Part shown: piece by piece, positions 15,094 to 24,332 of the stretch
How the letters are laid out: each line of letters begins with the position of its first letter
Numbering within the stretch: the stretch's first letter is position 1
Source of the DNA: a virus
Virus record (IMG/VR): IMGVR_UViG_3300046810_000166
Location: 29,689 to 93,688 of that record
Strand: one strand, 5' to 3'
DNA length: 64,000 nt
The notes under the pieces: generated by a model
Database searches by the model: none
What the model was told of the DNA's origin: nothing
What the model saw: only the letters and a program-made list of their open reading frames with translations
Translations under genes and position numbers: made by a program

Positions 15094-16302
15094 ATGACCA
15101 CCAACCTCGCAGCCCTGAAATCCCAGCAAGGCGCCGTCACCGATATGTCCAAGATGAAGCCGAAGGAGCAGATCGCCCACCTGCTGACCACCAAGCGCGC
15201 CGAAATCGAGAAGATGCTGCCGAAGCACCTGAACGCCGAGCGCCTGCTGAAAGTGGCGCAGATCGCCGCCACCACCACCCCGGCCCTGCTCAAGTGCGAC
15301 GTGCCCAGCCTGATCGGCGCGATCGGCCAGTGCGCGCAGATGGGTCTGGAGCCGAACACGGTGCTGGGCCACGCCTACCTCGTCCCGTTCAAGGTCAAGC
15401 GCAAGCGCGATCTTGGCAACGGCCGCTCGGCCGATGAGTGGGTCGACTCGGTGCAGGTGGTGGTCGGCTACAAGGGCCTGATCGACCTCGCCCGCCGCTC
15501 GGGCCAGATCATCAGCCTGACCGCGCACGAAGTCTGCAAAGACGACCACTTCGAGCTGGTGTATGGCCTCGATGAAAAGCTGAACCACAAGCCCCGCATG
15601 GACGGCCCGCGCGGCGAGATCATCGGCTTCTACGCGATCGCCAAGTTCAAGGATGGCGGCCACGCCTTCGAGTTCATGAGCCGCTATCAGGTCGAGCAGA
15701 TCATGGAAGGCACGCAGTCCAAGGGCAAATACGGTCCATGGAAGGACCACTTCCCCGAAATGGGCCGCAAGACCGTGATCCGCCGCTTGGCCAAGTACCT
15801 GCCGCTGTCGATCGAGTTCCAGACCGCCGTGGCGCTGGACGATGCCGCCAGCAGCGACCGCGACCAGAAGCTGGACAACAACGTGTTGGACGGCGACTTC
15901 TCGTTCGTCAACGACGCCGACGCGAGCGCCGATGGCGCCATGCTGGGCGCGCCGGAAGGCCCGGATGACGCCGCCTTCGAGGCGCAGGTGCGCGAGGTCG
16001 AGCAGGCCGCCGGCGCCACCGCAGCCGCTCCGGCCACCACCCAGCAGGCCACGCAGCACATGGACGAGCGCAGCCCGGCAGACAAGCTCAAGCACCGCCT
16101 GTCGACCCTGACCGACCCCGACATGCTCGATATCGAGGCCGACCTGATCAACGATGTCACCGATGATCCGGGCGTGCGCGCCGACCTGCGCAACACCTAC
16201 AACGCGCGCCGCGCAGCCCTGACCGAAGCCCAGCAGTCCACCCAGCAGCAGGCCCCGGCAGCACGCCCGGCCCGCCAGCGCGGCGGCATGCAAGTCGAAT
16301 AA
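15094..16302 (+). CDS. recT: RecT-family single-strand annealing protein
   Basis: AQMGLEPN..LGHAYLVPF, GYKGLIDLARRSGQI, GPW...F.EM.RKTVIRRL.KYLP. Confidence 0.93.
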   Translation: MTTNLAALKSQQGAVTDMSKMKPKEQIAHLLTTKRAEIEKMLPKHLNAERLLKVAQIAATTTPALLKCDVPSLIGAIGQCAQMGLEPNTVLGHAYLVPFKVKRKRDLGNGRSADEWVDSVQVVVGYKGLIDLARRSGQIISLTAHEVCKDDHFELVYGLDEKLNHKPRMDGPRGEIIGFYAIAKFKDGGHAFEFMSRYQVEQIMEGTQSKGKYGPWKDHFPEMGRKTVIRRLAKYLPLSIEFQTAVALDDAASSDRDQKLDNNVLDGDFSFVNDADASADGAMLGAPEGPDDAAFEAQVREVEQAAGATAAAPATTQQATQHMDERSPADKLKHRLSTLTDPDMLDIEADLINDVTDDPGVRADLRNTYNARRAALTEAQQSTQQQAPAARPARQRGGMQVE

Positions 16303-16364
16303 GCATCACTGGAAGGGCGGCGGAAATGCCGCCCCACTTAATACCCTTTTAATTGGAAAATAAT

Positions 16365-18155
16365 ATGAAGATCACTCAAATCCGCGTCCGCAACGTCCTC
16401 GGCGCCCGCGACATCAGCGTCCAGACCGGCCCGGTGAATCTGTTCTGCGGCCTCAATGGCCAAGGCAAGAGCTCGATTCAGGAAGCCGTGCGCCTTGCCC
16501 TGCAGGGGGAAACCGTGCGCGTCGGCCTCAAGAAGGACTACCCGCTGATGGTGACCGATGGCGCCAAGGAAGGCTTCGTCAAGCTGACGGCCGATGGCGC
16601 GGGCTATGAGTACCGCCTGCCGGCCGGTGAGCACATCACCCCGGACGGCTGGACCGAAAACCTGCAGGTCAAGTGCGTGCTGGACGCCCAGCGCTTCACC
16701 GCCATGAGCGCCGACGATCGCCGCGCGTTCCTGACCATCCTGACCAAGGCCAAGCCGAACAAGGAGAAGATCAAGGAGCTGATGCTGGAAGCCGGTATCG
16801 ATGAGCACCGCATTGAACTGGCCATCCCGATGCTCACGTCCGGCTTCCCGGCCGCCTGCGAGATCGCCAAGCAGAAGGCCACGCAAGCCAAGGGCGCATG
16901 GAAGGAAGTGGCCGGCGGCGTGTGGGGCGCCAAGAAAGGCGAGGAGTGGACCGCGCCGGAAGTCGAGGCCCCGGCACAGGCCGATATCGATCTGGCCGCC
17001 AGCACCGTGGCCCAGCTCGAACAGGACCATGAGCAGCTGCAGCAGGCCCTCGGCGTCGCGATCGAGAAGGTCAACGCCAGCAGCCAGCAAAGCGCCAAGA
17101 TCGAGGCCGCCAAGGCCAACGCCGCCAAGCTGCCGCGCCTGCGCGAGAAGCTGACGCGCGACGAGGAGGATCTGGCCGGCTACGAGGTCGAACTGGAGAA
17201 GCTGCAGAATCTGGCCGGCACCGCGCCGCGCGAGGGCATGGTGCACGACATGGCGCGCTTCATCGACCGCGTGGTGCCCGAGGTGTCGGCCCTGTCGAAA
17301 GAGCAGGCCGCCGCGATCGCCACCGAGCAGGCCAAGCTGCTGGCCGCCTACACCCGCGAGTTCGGCCCGATCGGCGCCGCCGGCGACCCGGAAGCGCTGG
17401 CCAAGATCCCGGCGATCCAGAAAAGCGTCGATCTGATGCGCACCTGCGTGGCCAACGACAAGCGCGACATCGCCGCCGCCGAGCAGGCCGAGGCCAATCT
17501 GGCGGTGCTGGGCGGGCTGGAGGAAGTGGCCGGCAACCTGATCGAGGATGCCAAGCGGGACGTGGCCGAGGCCAAGCGCCAGCTGGACGAGGCGCGCGCC
17601 GACCACGCCGGCCTGCTGGAGCTGCAGAAGGCCGCCACCGAACGCGACGCCAAGACCGCCAAGGCCAAGACCCACCACCTCGATGTGGTCGGCTGGCTGG
17701 CCGTGGCCGAGCAGTTCGCCCCGGATGGTCTGCCGAGCCAGATCCTGTCCAAGGCCCTGCAGCCGATCAACAACCTGCTGCGCGAGTACGCCACCAGCAC
17801 CGAATGGTTCCAAGTGTCGATCCGCCCGGACATGGAGATCCTTGCCAACAACCGCCCGCTGACCCTGCTGTCGGAATCGGAGACTTGGCTGGTGAACGCG
17901 CACATCGCCGCCGCGATCGCCGAACTGTCGGGCATCAAGATGCTGGTGCTGGACCGCTTCGACGTGCTCGACGTGACCCACCGCGCGCCGCTGCTGTACT
18001 GGCTCGATGACATGGCCTACACCGACCGCATCGACACCGCGCTGGTGTTCGGCACCCTCAAGGAAGCGCCGAAGGGCCTGCCCGACATGATCCGCAGCTT
18101 CTGGATCGAGGCCGGCGAGCTGGCTGGCGAGCAGTCGATCGCCAAGGCGGCATAA
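16365..18155 (+). CDS. SMC/SbcC-like coiled-coil ATPase
   Basis: Walker A GLNGQGKSS, long coiled coil, LSESE signature, LVLDRFD Walker B. Confidence 0.82.
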   Translation: MKITQIRVRNVLGARDISVQTGPVNLFCGLNGQGKSSIQEAVRLALQGETVRVGLKKDYPLMVTDGAKEGFVKLTADGAGYEYRLPAGEHITPDGWTENLQVKCVLDAQRFTAMSADDRRAFLTILTKAKPNKEKIKELMLEAGIDEHRIELAIPMLTSGFPAACEIAKQKATQAKGAWKEVAGGVWGAKKGEEWTAPEVEAPAQADIDLAASTVAQLEQDHEQLQQALGVAIEKVNASSQQSAKIEAAKANAAKLPRLREKLTRDEEDLAGYEVELEKLQNLAGTAPREGMVHDMARFIDRVVPEVSALSKEQAAAIATEQAKLLAAYTREFGPIGAAGDPEALAKIPAIQKSVDLMRTCVANDKRDIAAAEQAEANLAVLGGLEEVAGNLIEDAKRDVAEAKRQLDEARADHAGLLELQKAATERDAKTAKAKTHHLDVVGWLAVAEQFAPDGLPSQILSKALQPINNLLREYATSTEWFQVSIRPDMEILANNRPLTLLSESETWLVNAHIAAAIAELSGIKMLVLDRFDVLDVTHRAPLLYWLDDMAYTDRIDTALVFGTLKEAPKGLPDMIRSFWIEAGELAGEQSIAKAA

Positions 18156-18221
18156 GCCCCACGCGGCCGGTTCGCCGGCCGCATCTTCCCCTGTATTTCA
18201 TAGCAAGTTCATACGAATATC

Positions 18222-18611
18222 ATGCCAAATTACACCCGCCGCCCGTTCACCCCGACGCGCTTGGCCCTGCAGACCTCGCTGTCGGCGCGCCGCGTGAGCG
18301 ACACCATCAAGCTGGCCGCCCGCCTGCAGGAAGATCCCGACCGCGAGAAGCGCCTGCAGCAGCAGCTGTGCATCGCCTGCCACTACTTCCACCGCATCGC
18401 CGGGCAAGCCTTCACCGACCAGCCGTGCGCCTGCTGCGCCAAGCCCCAGCGGTTCAGCAGCACCGCGACCGATGACCTCTGCCAGCCCTGCGCCGAGAAG
18501 AACAAGCTGTGCAAGCGCTGCTCGGGCGACATCGACATGCGCACCGGCCGCCGCACGTGGCCAGATGGCCCCACCGCCCCGAACGAGGTGCCCGCATGCC
18601 CCGCAGCCTGA
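18222..18611 (+). CDS. Cys-rich hypothetical protein
   Basis: Four CxxC pairs. Confidence 0.6.
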   Translation: MPNYTRRPFTPTRLALQTSLSARRVSDTIKLAARLQEDPDREKRLQQQLCIACHYFHRIAGQAFTDQPCACCAKPQRFSSTATDDLCQPCAEKNKLCKRCSGDIDMRTGRRTWPDGPTAPNEVPACPAA

Positions 18612-18907
18612 ATCGTTGCACCTTCATCGGCCGCCTCGCCAACAACCCGACGCCGGGCACCGCGCCGGATGGCGTGGCCGCCACCACGATGTTCATCCTT
18701 GCAGTGCCGGACTCTGACACGCAATCGACCCTGATCCCGGTCACCGCGATCGGCCGCGTGGCGGACGTGTGCAACCGCATCCTGCGCGAGGACACCGAGG
18801 TTTATATCGAGGGCAAATACCACACGCGCCGCTCGCAGATCGGCGACGTGCTCACCATCATCACCGAGGTGCAGCTGGAAAACATGCAGCTCCTCGGCAA
18901 GAAATAA
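18596..18907 (+). CDS. Short SSB/PriB-like OB-fold protein lacking an acidic tail
   Basis: SLNRCTFIGRL..P...VYIEGK.HTR...TEV..ENMQLLG. Confidence 0.75.
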   Translation: MPRSLNRCTFIGRLANNPTPGTAPDGVAATTMFILAVPDSDTQSTLIPVTAIGRVADVCNRILREDTEVYIEGKYHTRRSQIGDVLTIITEVQLENMQLLGKK

Positions 18908-18926
18908 CGTTACGCATCACGGAAAT

Positions 18927-19523
18927 ATGGGCAAGAAATCACGCATGAAAGCCGAGCGCCGCACCAACGGCCCGGAAGCAAAGAAACCCTCGATCGGCCA
19001 GATCATGAAGGCCGCCGAGGACGCCCGCATCATGGGCATCTACCACGAACTGCAGGACGCCATCGCGCACAAGCGCAAGGTCGAACTGAATGACGAGCTG
19101 TTTTCGCACCCCGAGAACGCCCACCGGATCGACAAGACGTTCCAGCCGCTGGAGGTCTGGCTGGACGAGCAGGTGCGCACTGGTGAGGCCGACGCGCTGC
19201 CGGATGGCACCGTGATCATCCAGCCGGACGGCGAACAGGGCGCCTACTACCCGGTGCATGAAGCGTTCCTTGCCATGGCCGAAACCTATGAACTGATCGC
19301 CTCCGACCGCAAGATCCCCGACCAGACCGATGGCGTGCGCAAGCTGGGCAATCGCCTGAAAGCCCATATGCCGATCGACCTGCCGGCCGTCACCGCCGCG
19401 CGCGAGTCGCTTAACTGGATGAGGTCGGTTACTATGCAGCTTTCGCCGAACACTTATCACCCCTATCTTGAGCTTATTTCCATGCGGGATGATTTGCGCA
19501 AATGGGGCCTGATCGCGGAATAG
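18927..19523 (+). CDS. Hypothetical protein
   Basis: 198-aa ORF with coding bias. Confidence 0.65.
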   Translation: MGKKSRMKAERRTNGPEAKKPSIGQIMKAAEDARIMGIYHELQDAIAHKRKVELNDELFSHPENAHRIDKTFQPLEVWLDEQVRTGEADALPDGTVIIQPDGEQGAYYPVHEAFLAMAETYELIASDRKIPDQTDGVRKLGNRLKAHMPIDLPAVTAARESLNWMRSVTMQLSPNTYHPYLELISMRDDLRKWGLIAE

Positions 19524-19643
19524 GTGGTGATTTTCAGAAAGATATATTCCCGCTGGATAGTTTTCAGGCTAGAATCCCCCGGTACTCATGTGTAAGAACT
19601 TGCCGACAGAGGCTGTTATGAAATAAGCAATAATACAGGCAAT

Positions 19644-19675
19644 AAAAAAGCCAGCGGTTCCAGCCGCTGGCTTTT
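19644..19675. terminator. Bidirectional terminator-like hairpin upstream of rep
   Basis: AAAAAAGCCAGCGG-ttccag-CCGCTGGCTTTT. Confidence 0.65.
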
Positions 19676-19792
19676 GTATTCCGTCGCTAGGCAGCAACAT
19701 CGAATCACTAGACAGGCTCGATGTTATGTGTATGTGACGGACGTGTCAACTCCTGCGCGCTTTATTTTTGATGCGCGCTTTAAGGTGTCGCT

Positions 19793-20836
19793 TTGACAAC
19801 ACATATCCCGTCATTATCAGAACTGATCGAGCCATACCAGCACTACCCGAAGGCCATCCAGAAGGCCCTGCTGCTGGTCGAATCGCATCCCTCCCTCACC
19901 CTCGTCCTGACCCGGTCCTATCGCCGCGTGCTGCGCATTCTCGTCAGCCGCGTGCCCAAGGCCAACGGCTGCGCCCCGATCGAGCAGGTGGCCGCTGACT
20001 GGCTGGCCAAGATGGCCGAGGTCAGCACCAAGACCGTCGAACGTGCGCTCAAGGCCCTGACCCAGCTCGGCCTGATCAAGGTGGGCGACCGCCGCGATGA
20101 CACCGGCCTGTTCGTGCGCCCGACCTACCAGCTCACCCCGGAACTGGCCAACCTGCTGCAGCTACCGGCAAAAAGTTTCTCGCGCCATAAGACAATTCTG
20201 TCTGATGACCTAATAGTAGAACTGGACTTTAAGAAAGATCACCCGGAGATTCATGAGAAAAAACCGGAAACCAGAAAACCCATCGAGCTGCCGCCTGATC
20301 TGGCCGAAGCCGGCGAACAGCTGGAAATCAGCCCCAAGGGCATCGCTGCGCTGCGTGGCGAAGCATGCCGCGCTGGCTACAACTTGGCTCACATCGTGGC
20401 CTGCGCACGTCAGCACATGCTCAAGGTCGGCGCCAAGGGAAACCGCGCCTACCGCTACCTGCAGACCATGATCGCCAAGCCCGAGGTCGACTATGCCGGC
20501 AGGGCCGCGCAGGAGGGCCGTGAGGCCGAGCAGCGCGATTACGAGCACCGCGCCATCACCGCAGCCAAGAAACTCGCTGGACGGGCCTACGCGGGCCATG
20601 ACGGCCTCACCTACCGCTTCCTGAGCGATGGCCGGGTAGAGCAGCTGGACGGCGGCCTGATGCTCGGCTACGTGTCGGTCGACCAGATCGAACAGCTGGT
20701 GGACCGCATCGGCATGGGCATGGGCATGACCGAGGGCGCGATCGTGCCGCCGCCAGCGCCGCCAGTACCGGCCGCCAGCGCCAAGCAGCATCTGGCCTCG
20801 ATGTTGAGCATGCTCAAGCTGCGCCGCCCTATCTGA
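19793..20836 (+). CDS. Plasmid/phage replication initiator (wHTH; Burkholderiales plasmid-Rep-like)
   Basis: WLAKMAEVSTKTVERALKALTQLGLI wHTH; TTG start; AT-rich internal tract; C-terminal AY.YL...DYA domain. Confidence 0.7.
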   Translation: MTTHIPSLSELIEPYQHYPKAIQKALLLVESHPSLTLVLTRSYRRVLRILVSRVPKANGCAPIEQVAADWLAKMAEVSTKTVERALKALTQLGLIKVGDRRDDTGLFVRPTYQLTPELANLLQLPAKSFSRHKTILSDDLIVELDFKKDHPEIHEKKPETRKPIELPPDLAEAGEQLEISPKGIAALRGEACRAGYNLAHIVACARQHMLKVGAKGNRAYRYLQTMIAKPEVDYAGRAAQEGREAEQRDYEHRAITAAKKLAGRAYAGHDGLTYRFLSDGRVEQLDGGLMLGYVSVDQIEQLVDRIGMGMGMTEGAIVPPPAPPVPAASAKQHLASMLSMLKLRRPI

Positions 20837-20900
20837 ACACATAGGGCGCAAGCTTTCCGGTGATAATCAAGGCATAATGCCGTTTTTACCGGAGGATGCC

Positions 20901-21143
20901 ATGCCCGAACGAATCTTGCGCTGGGAGAGCCCGCAATCGCAACGCTACTACGCCGCCCGCGTCCAGCAGGATCTGCTGGGCGACTGGATTCTGGCCTGCG
21001 CATGGGGCGGCCTGCACAACGGGAACGGCAATATGCAATCGCTGCCGATCCCCGACAAGAAGATGGCCGACGCCTTTGTGCAGGCCGTGCACGACAGACG
21101 GGTCAAGCACCACTACCAGCTGGTCAGCGATCGCACCGTCTAG
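20901..21143 (+). CDS. WGR-domain protein
   Basis: RYY...QDLLGDW.L...WGG motif. Confidence 0.75.
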   Translation: MPERILRWESPQSQRYYAARVQQDLLGDWILACAWGGLHNGNGNMQSLPIPDKKMADAFVQAVHDRRVKHHYQLVSDRTV

Positions 21144-21172
21144 GGAATTTGCCAAGGGTAATGAAAAAGTCC

Positions 21173-21201
21173 TTGCAACACTAACGCATTGCGTATATAG
21201 T
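21173..21201 (+). promoter_or_regulatory. Sigma70 promoter with operator
   Basis: TTGCAA-17bp-TATAGT; ACGCATTGCGT at 21184-21194. Confidence 0.85.
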
Positions 21202-21226
21202 CCTCCCATCGACAACGGAGGACTAC

Positions 21227-21499
21227 ATGAACACCATCACCGCTGCAACCCTGATCGAAGCCACCGCCCTGCTGCTGGAAGTCGCCAGCGGCGAAGCCGA
21301 AACCTGCGCGCGCAAGCCGCTGGTCCGCATCGGCAGCCTGCTGCGCAAGGCCGCTGAGCAGGGCACCGAGAGCATGGCCAAGCTGGCCACCGCCGGCCAA
21401 TTCATGATCGACTACGCCCAAGGCCTCGCATTGTTCGGCGACGCCAACAAGGCCATGGCCGACATCGCCGAATTCGCCGCCGGCGTGGCTGTAGCGTGA
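21227..21499 (+). CDS. Hypothetical protein
   Basis: GGAGG RBS directly after the promoter. Confidence 0.65.
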   Translation: MNTITAATLIEATALLLEVASGEAETCARKPLVRIGSLLRKAAEQGTESMAKLATAGQFMIDYAQGLALFGDANKAMADIAEFAAGVAVA

Positions 21500-22128
21500 G
21501 CGGGGCGGCCGTGGAAACGATCAAGCCCACTATCCCGGTCGCGGTCATCGCGACCGAGCACGCCGAGGCGCTGGCGTGGATCATCGCCAACGATGGCAAG
21601 AGCACCTTTGCCACCAGCCTGCACACCCGCCTCAAGTCGCTCAAGAACCTGACCGATGGCCAGCTGGGCGCGGTCCAGAAAATCCTGACCAAGGGCGCTG
21701 CCCCGGCGCCAGTGCCGGCCGAGGTGAGTGCCAGCGGCATGGCCGCCGTGCAGACTGCGTTCGACTCGGCGATCGGCTCGGGCATCAAGCGACCCAAGCT
21801 GCGCCTTGCCACCTTCCTGCTCTCCCCGGCGAAAGCTGGCGGGAACAACACCGGCGCAATCTATGCGAATGACGCCGAGCAGCTGGACGCCGACCACAAG
21901 CCGCTCTATCTCGGCAAGATCATGGCGGGAAAGTTCATCGCCTCGAAGGCTTGCATGCCCGACCGTCGCGAGGCACTGCTGGAAGCCTGCGCCGACCCGC
22001 TCAAGGAGGCGATCGCCTACGGGCGCCGCACCGGCTCCTGCGCGTGCTGCGGCCGTGAGCTGACCGATTCCGCGTCGATCGAGCAGGGCATCGGCCCCAT
22101 CTGCCTGAGCAAGTGGTTCGGCGGCTGA
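21496..22128 (+). CDS. DUF6011-like Zn-finger protein
   Basis: C-terminal CxxCGRELTD..SI..GIGPIC. Confidence 0.75.
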   Translation: MSGAAVETIKPTIPVAVIATEHAEALAWIIANDGKSTFATSLHTRLKSLKNLTDGQLGAVQKILTKGAAPAPVPAEVSASGMAAVQTAFDSAIGSGIKRPKLRLATFLLSPAKAGGNNTGAIYANDAEQLDADHKPLYLGKIMAGKFIASKACMPDRREALLEACADPLKEAIAYGRRTGSCACCGRELTDSASIEQGIGPICLSKWFGG

Positions 22129-22165
22129 AAATAATATTAAAACAACGTGAATTTCATAGGAAACC

Positions 22166-22390
22166 ATGGCATCCATGACCTTTAAGCCGCGCTTCAACAT
22201 CGAGCTCGACAGCCCCGAAATGCGCCTCGTCATCCTCGCCCTGACCGGCCGGATCGACTTCAAGCACGAAAACGGGAAGGATCAGGCCGCAGCGATCGAG
22301 CTGGGCAACCAGCTGTTCCAGATGCGCGCCCATGAAACCAGCCACTGCGCCAAGGTTCACCAGCAGAAGCCCGAGGCCCCGGCCCCATGA
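22166..22390 (+). CDS. Hypothetical protein
   Basis: AGGA RBS. Confidence 0.5.
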   Translation: MASMTFKPRFNIELDSPEMRLVILALTGRIDFKHENGKDQAAAIELGNQLFQMRAHETSHCAKVHQQKPEAPAP

Positions 22391-22875
22391 ATAACCTGAC
22401 CCACTTGTCGGCCGCCATGTCGCTGTCGGGCACCGTGCCCGGCACCGGCACGTGCTTTCACCGCTCCGCTGCCCTGATGCTGGATCTGCCGGCCGATGCC
22501 GTCATGGTGTTTGGCGTGCTCCGGGCGGCGACGCCCGAGGAGATCGAAAAGATGCCGAACGCCTCCCCGGTGCCCTTCATCCACTCATGGGTCGAGTTCC
22601 GGGGCATGCTGCTGGCGCCCACCACCATGGAACGCACCGGCGGCGAGCTGCGGCCCATGCCACTGGAAGACTACTACACCGTCAACGCCATCACCCGCAC
22701 GTGGCGCCTGACATCGACGCCATTCCAGCAGGTGGCGCGCCGCTTCAAGCTGTCGGCCGCGTTCAAGCACGGCTCCGCGCGGGCCGGCAAGGGCGAGATC
22801 ATCGACGCCCTGCTGCAGGCCGCCGGCGTGCGCTACAAGCTGAGCGAGCGCCGCACCGTGCTGCCAGTCGATTAA
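22387..22875 (+). CDS. Hypothetical protein (transglutaminase/papain-like C..H-W-E pattern)
   Basis: GTCF...HSWVE. Confidence 0.55.
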   Translation: MNNLTHLSAAMSLSGTVPGTGTCFHRSAALMLDLPADAVMVFGVLRAATPEEIEKMPNASPVPFIHSWVEFRGMLLAPTTMERTGGELRPMPLEDYYTVNAITRTWRLTSTPFQQVARRFKLSAAFKHGSARAGKGEIIDALLQAAGVRYKLSERRTVLPVD

Positions 22876-22903
22876 ATTCACATGAAAATCATGTGAAAAT
22901 CAC

Positions 22904-22932
22904 TTGCACAGCTAACGCATTGCGTATATTAT
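22904..22932 (+). promoter_or_regulatory. Sigma70 promoter with operator
   Basis: TTGCAC-17bp-TATTAT; ACGCATTGCGT at 22915-22925. Confidence 0.85.
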
Positions 22933-22968
22933 CCCTTCATCGCAACCAACTTTGAAGGGATCACCACC

Positions 22969-23712
22969 ATGGCCGCCACCCACACCGGACACTGCCAAAT
23001 CTGCGGACGACAGCACAAGGTCACCGGCACCCGCATCGCCAAGCACGGCTTCACCATCCGCTTCGGCTGGCAGGAAGGTGCCTGCTTCGGCTCGGGCGGC
23101 AAGCCGTACGAGCTGTCCAACGACCTGCTGCTGCGTGCGATCGAGTCGGCCAAGCGCTACATCGCCGACACGAACGTCAAGATCCGGGGCGTCAAGGCGC
23201 GCCCGGTGGACGAGGAAGGCTATGTCAAGGCGCGCGTGGCCGAGCAGCGCTACAGCCCGGACACCTACTATACCGAGGTCAAGATCACCGAGGTGGACGG
23301 CAAGATCGAGGCCCGCACCCGCAGCGACCGCCGCGTGTTCCTGCAGGACGCGCCGCGCCACAAGGAGGAGCTGGCCAAGGTCATCGAGATCGTGAGCGGC
23401 AAATATGTGGCCTACCTGCAGCACACCGTCAAGGAAACCCAAGCCGCGATCCCGCACATGCAGGAGCGTCATGACAGCTGGAAGTTGGCCGAACTGACCC
23501 CGATCAGCGCCGAGGAAGCCGCCGCCAGCGCGCCCAAGGTCCACTATCAGGTCAAGCGCTACGGCTACACCACGACCGCCTGCAGCGCCTCGGCGACGGC
23601 CTCCCAGCGCAACGCCTCGCGCATCAAGACAACCGACGCCAGCAAGGTGACCTGCGCCGCCTGCGCCAAGGAAGCGGCGCGCCTCGCGGCGAAGGCGGCC
23701 GCCGCAACTTAA
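22969..23712 (+). CDS. Hypothetical early protein with Zn-finger-like ends
   Basis: GHCQICG...HG.....G.C.GS N-terminus; VTCxxC C-terminus. Confidence 0.65.
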   Translation: MAATHTGHCQICGRQHKVTGTRIAKHGFTIRFGWQEGACFGSGGKPYELSNDLLLRAIESAKRYIADTNVKIRGVKARPVDEEGYVKARVAEQRYSPDTYYTEVKITEVDGKIEARTRSDRRVFLQDAPRHKEELAKVIEIVSGKYVAYLQHTVKETQAAIPHMQERHDSWKLAELTPISAEEAAASAPKVHYQVKRYGYTTTACSASATASQRNASRIKTTDASKVTCAACAKEAARLAAKAAAAT

Positions 23713-23738
23713 TCGGAATTTACGAGGAAAATCAGATG

Positions 23739-23760
23739 AAGCCCGCCGTGCGCGGGCTTT
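23739..23760. terminator. Hairpin between convergent early and late genes
   Basis: AAGCCCG-ccgtgcg-CGGGCTT. Confidence 0.55.
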
Positions 23761-24223
23761 ACTTTTTGCGGGCTTCCTCGCGCACGTCCAGCAGCTGCTT
23801 CTCCATCTGGTCGATGCGCTGCTGCTGCACGGCGTTGATCTCGGTGTTCTTGCCGACCTGCGCGAAGATCCAGCCGCCGGCGGCGAACACGATGGCCGAG
23901 AACACGCCGCAGAACCAGACCGCGACGCGCAGCCCGGCGGTAGCCTTGGACTCCAGCGCGGACGCCTGCTTCGACACGGCGTCGATGCTGGTGGTCAGCG
24001 CCTTGGTCGAGGCCTTGTGGCCCTCGTTGCACGCGGCGGTCTGCTCGCGCGTATCCTGCAGTTTCTCGTCCATGTGGCGGACGTTCATCTGTAACTCAGT
24101 CAGGTTCCGATCAATCGGCCCCATCAGGCGCTGAATGGCGCTCTCAATGCGCTGCACGCTTTCAGATACGGATTCCATTTTCCCTTCGAGCCGGGCAAGG
24201 CGCTGAACTCCGTCATCGGTCAT
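23759..24223 (-). CDS. Coiled-coil single-TM protein (lysis accessory / holin-like)
   Basis: Heptad repeats plus one TM helix; own late-type promoter at 24308. Confidence 0.55.
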   Translation of the reverse strand: MTDDGVQRLARLEGKMESVSESVQRIESAIQRLMGPIDRNLTELQMNVRHMDEKLQDTREQTAACNEGHKASTKALTTSIDAVSKQASALESKATAGLRVAVWFCGVFSAIVFAAGGWIFAQVGKNTEINAVQQQRIDQMEKQLLDVREEARKK

Positions 24224-24299
24224 GGGGAGCCCCTGCGCGTGTGGTAATTGGTGGTGAAGTGCATCTTGGCATCCCCGGTAGTATTAAGCGATGCCTCCC

Positions 24300-24315
24300 A
24301 CGTTACCGTCACGAA
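24300..24315 (-). promoter_or_regulatory. Late promoter motif (variant)
   Basis: TTCGTGAC-gg-TAACGT. Confidence 0.55.
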
Positions 24316-24332
24316 TCAGTATCGGAACAGTC

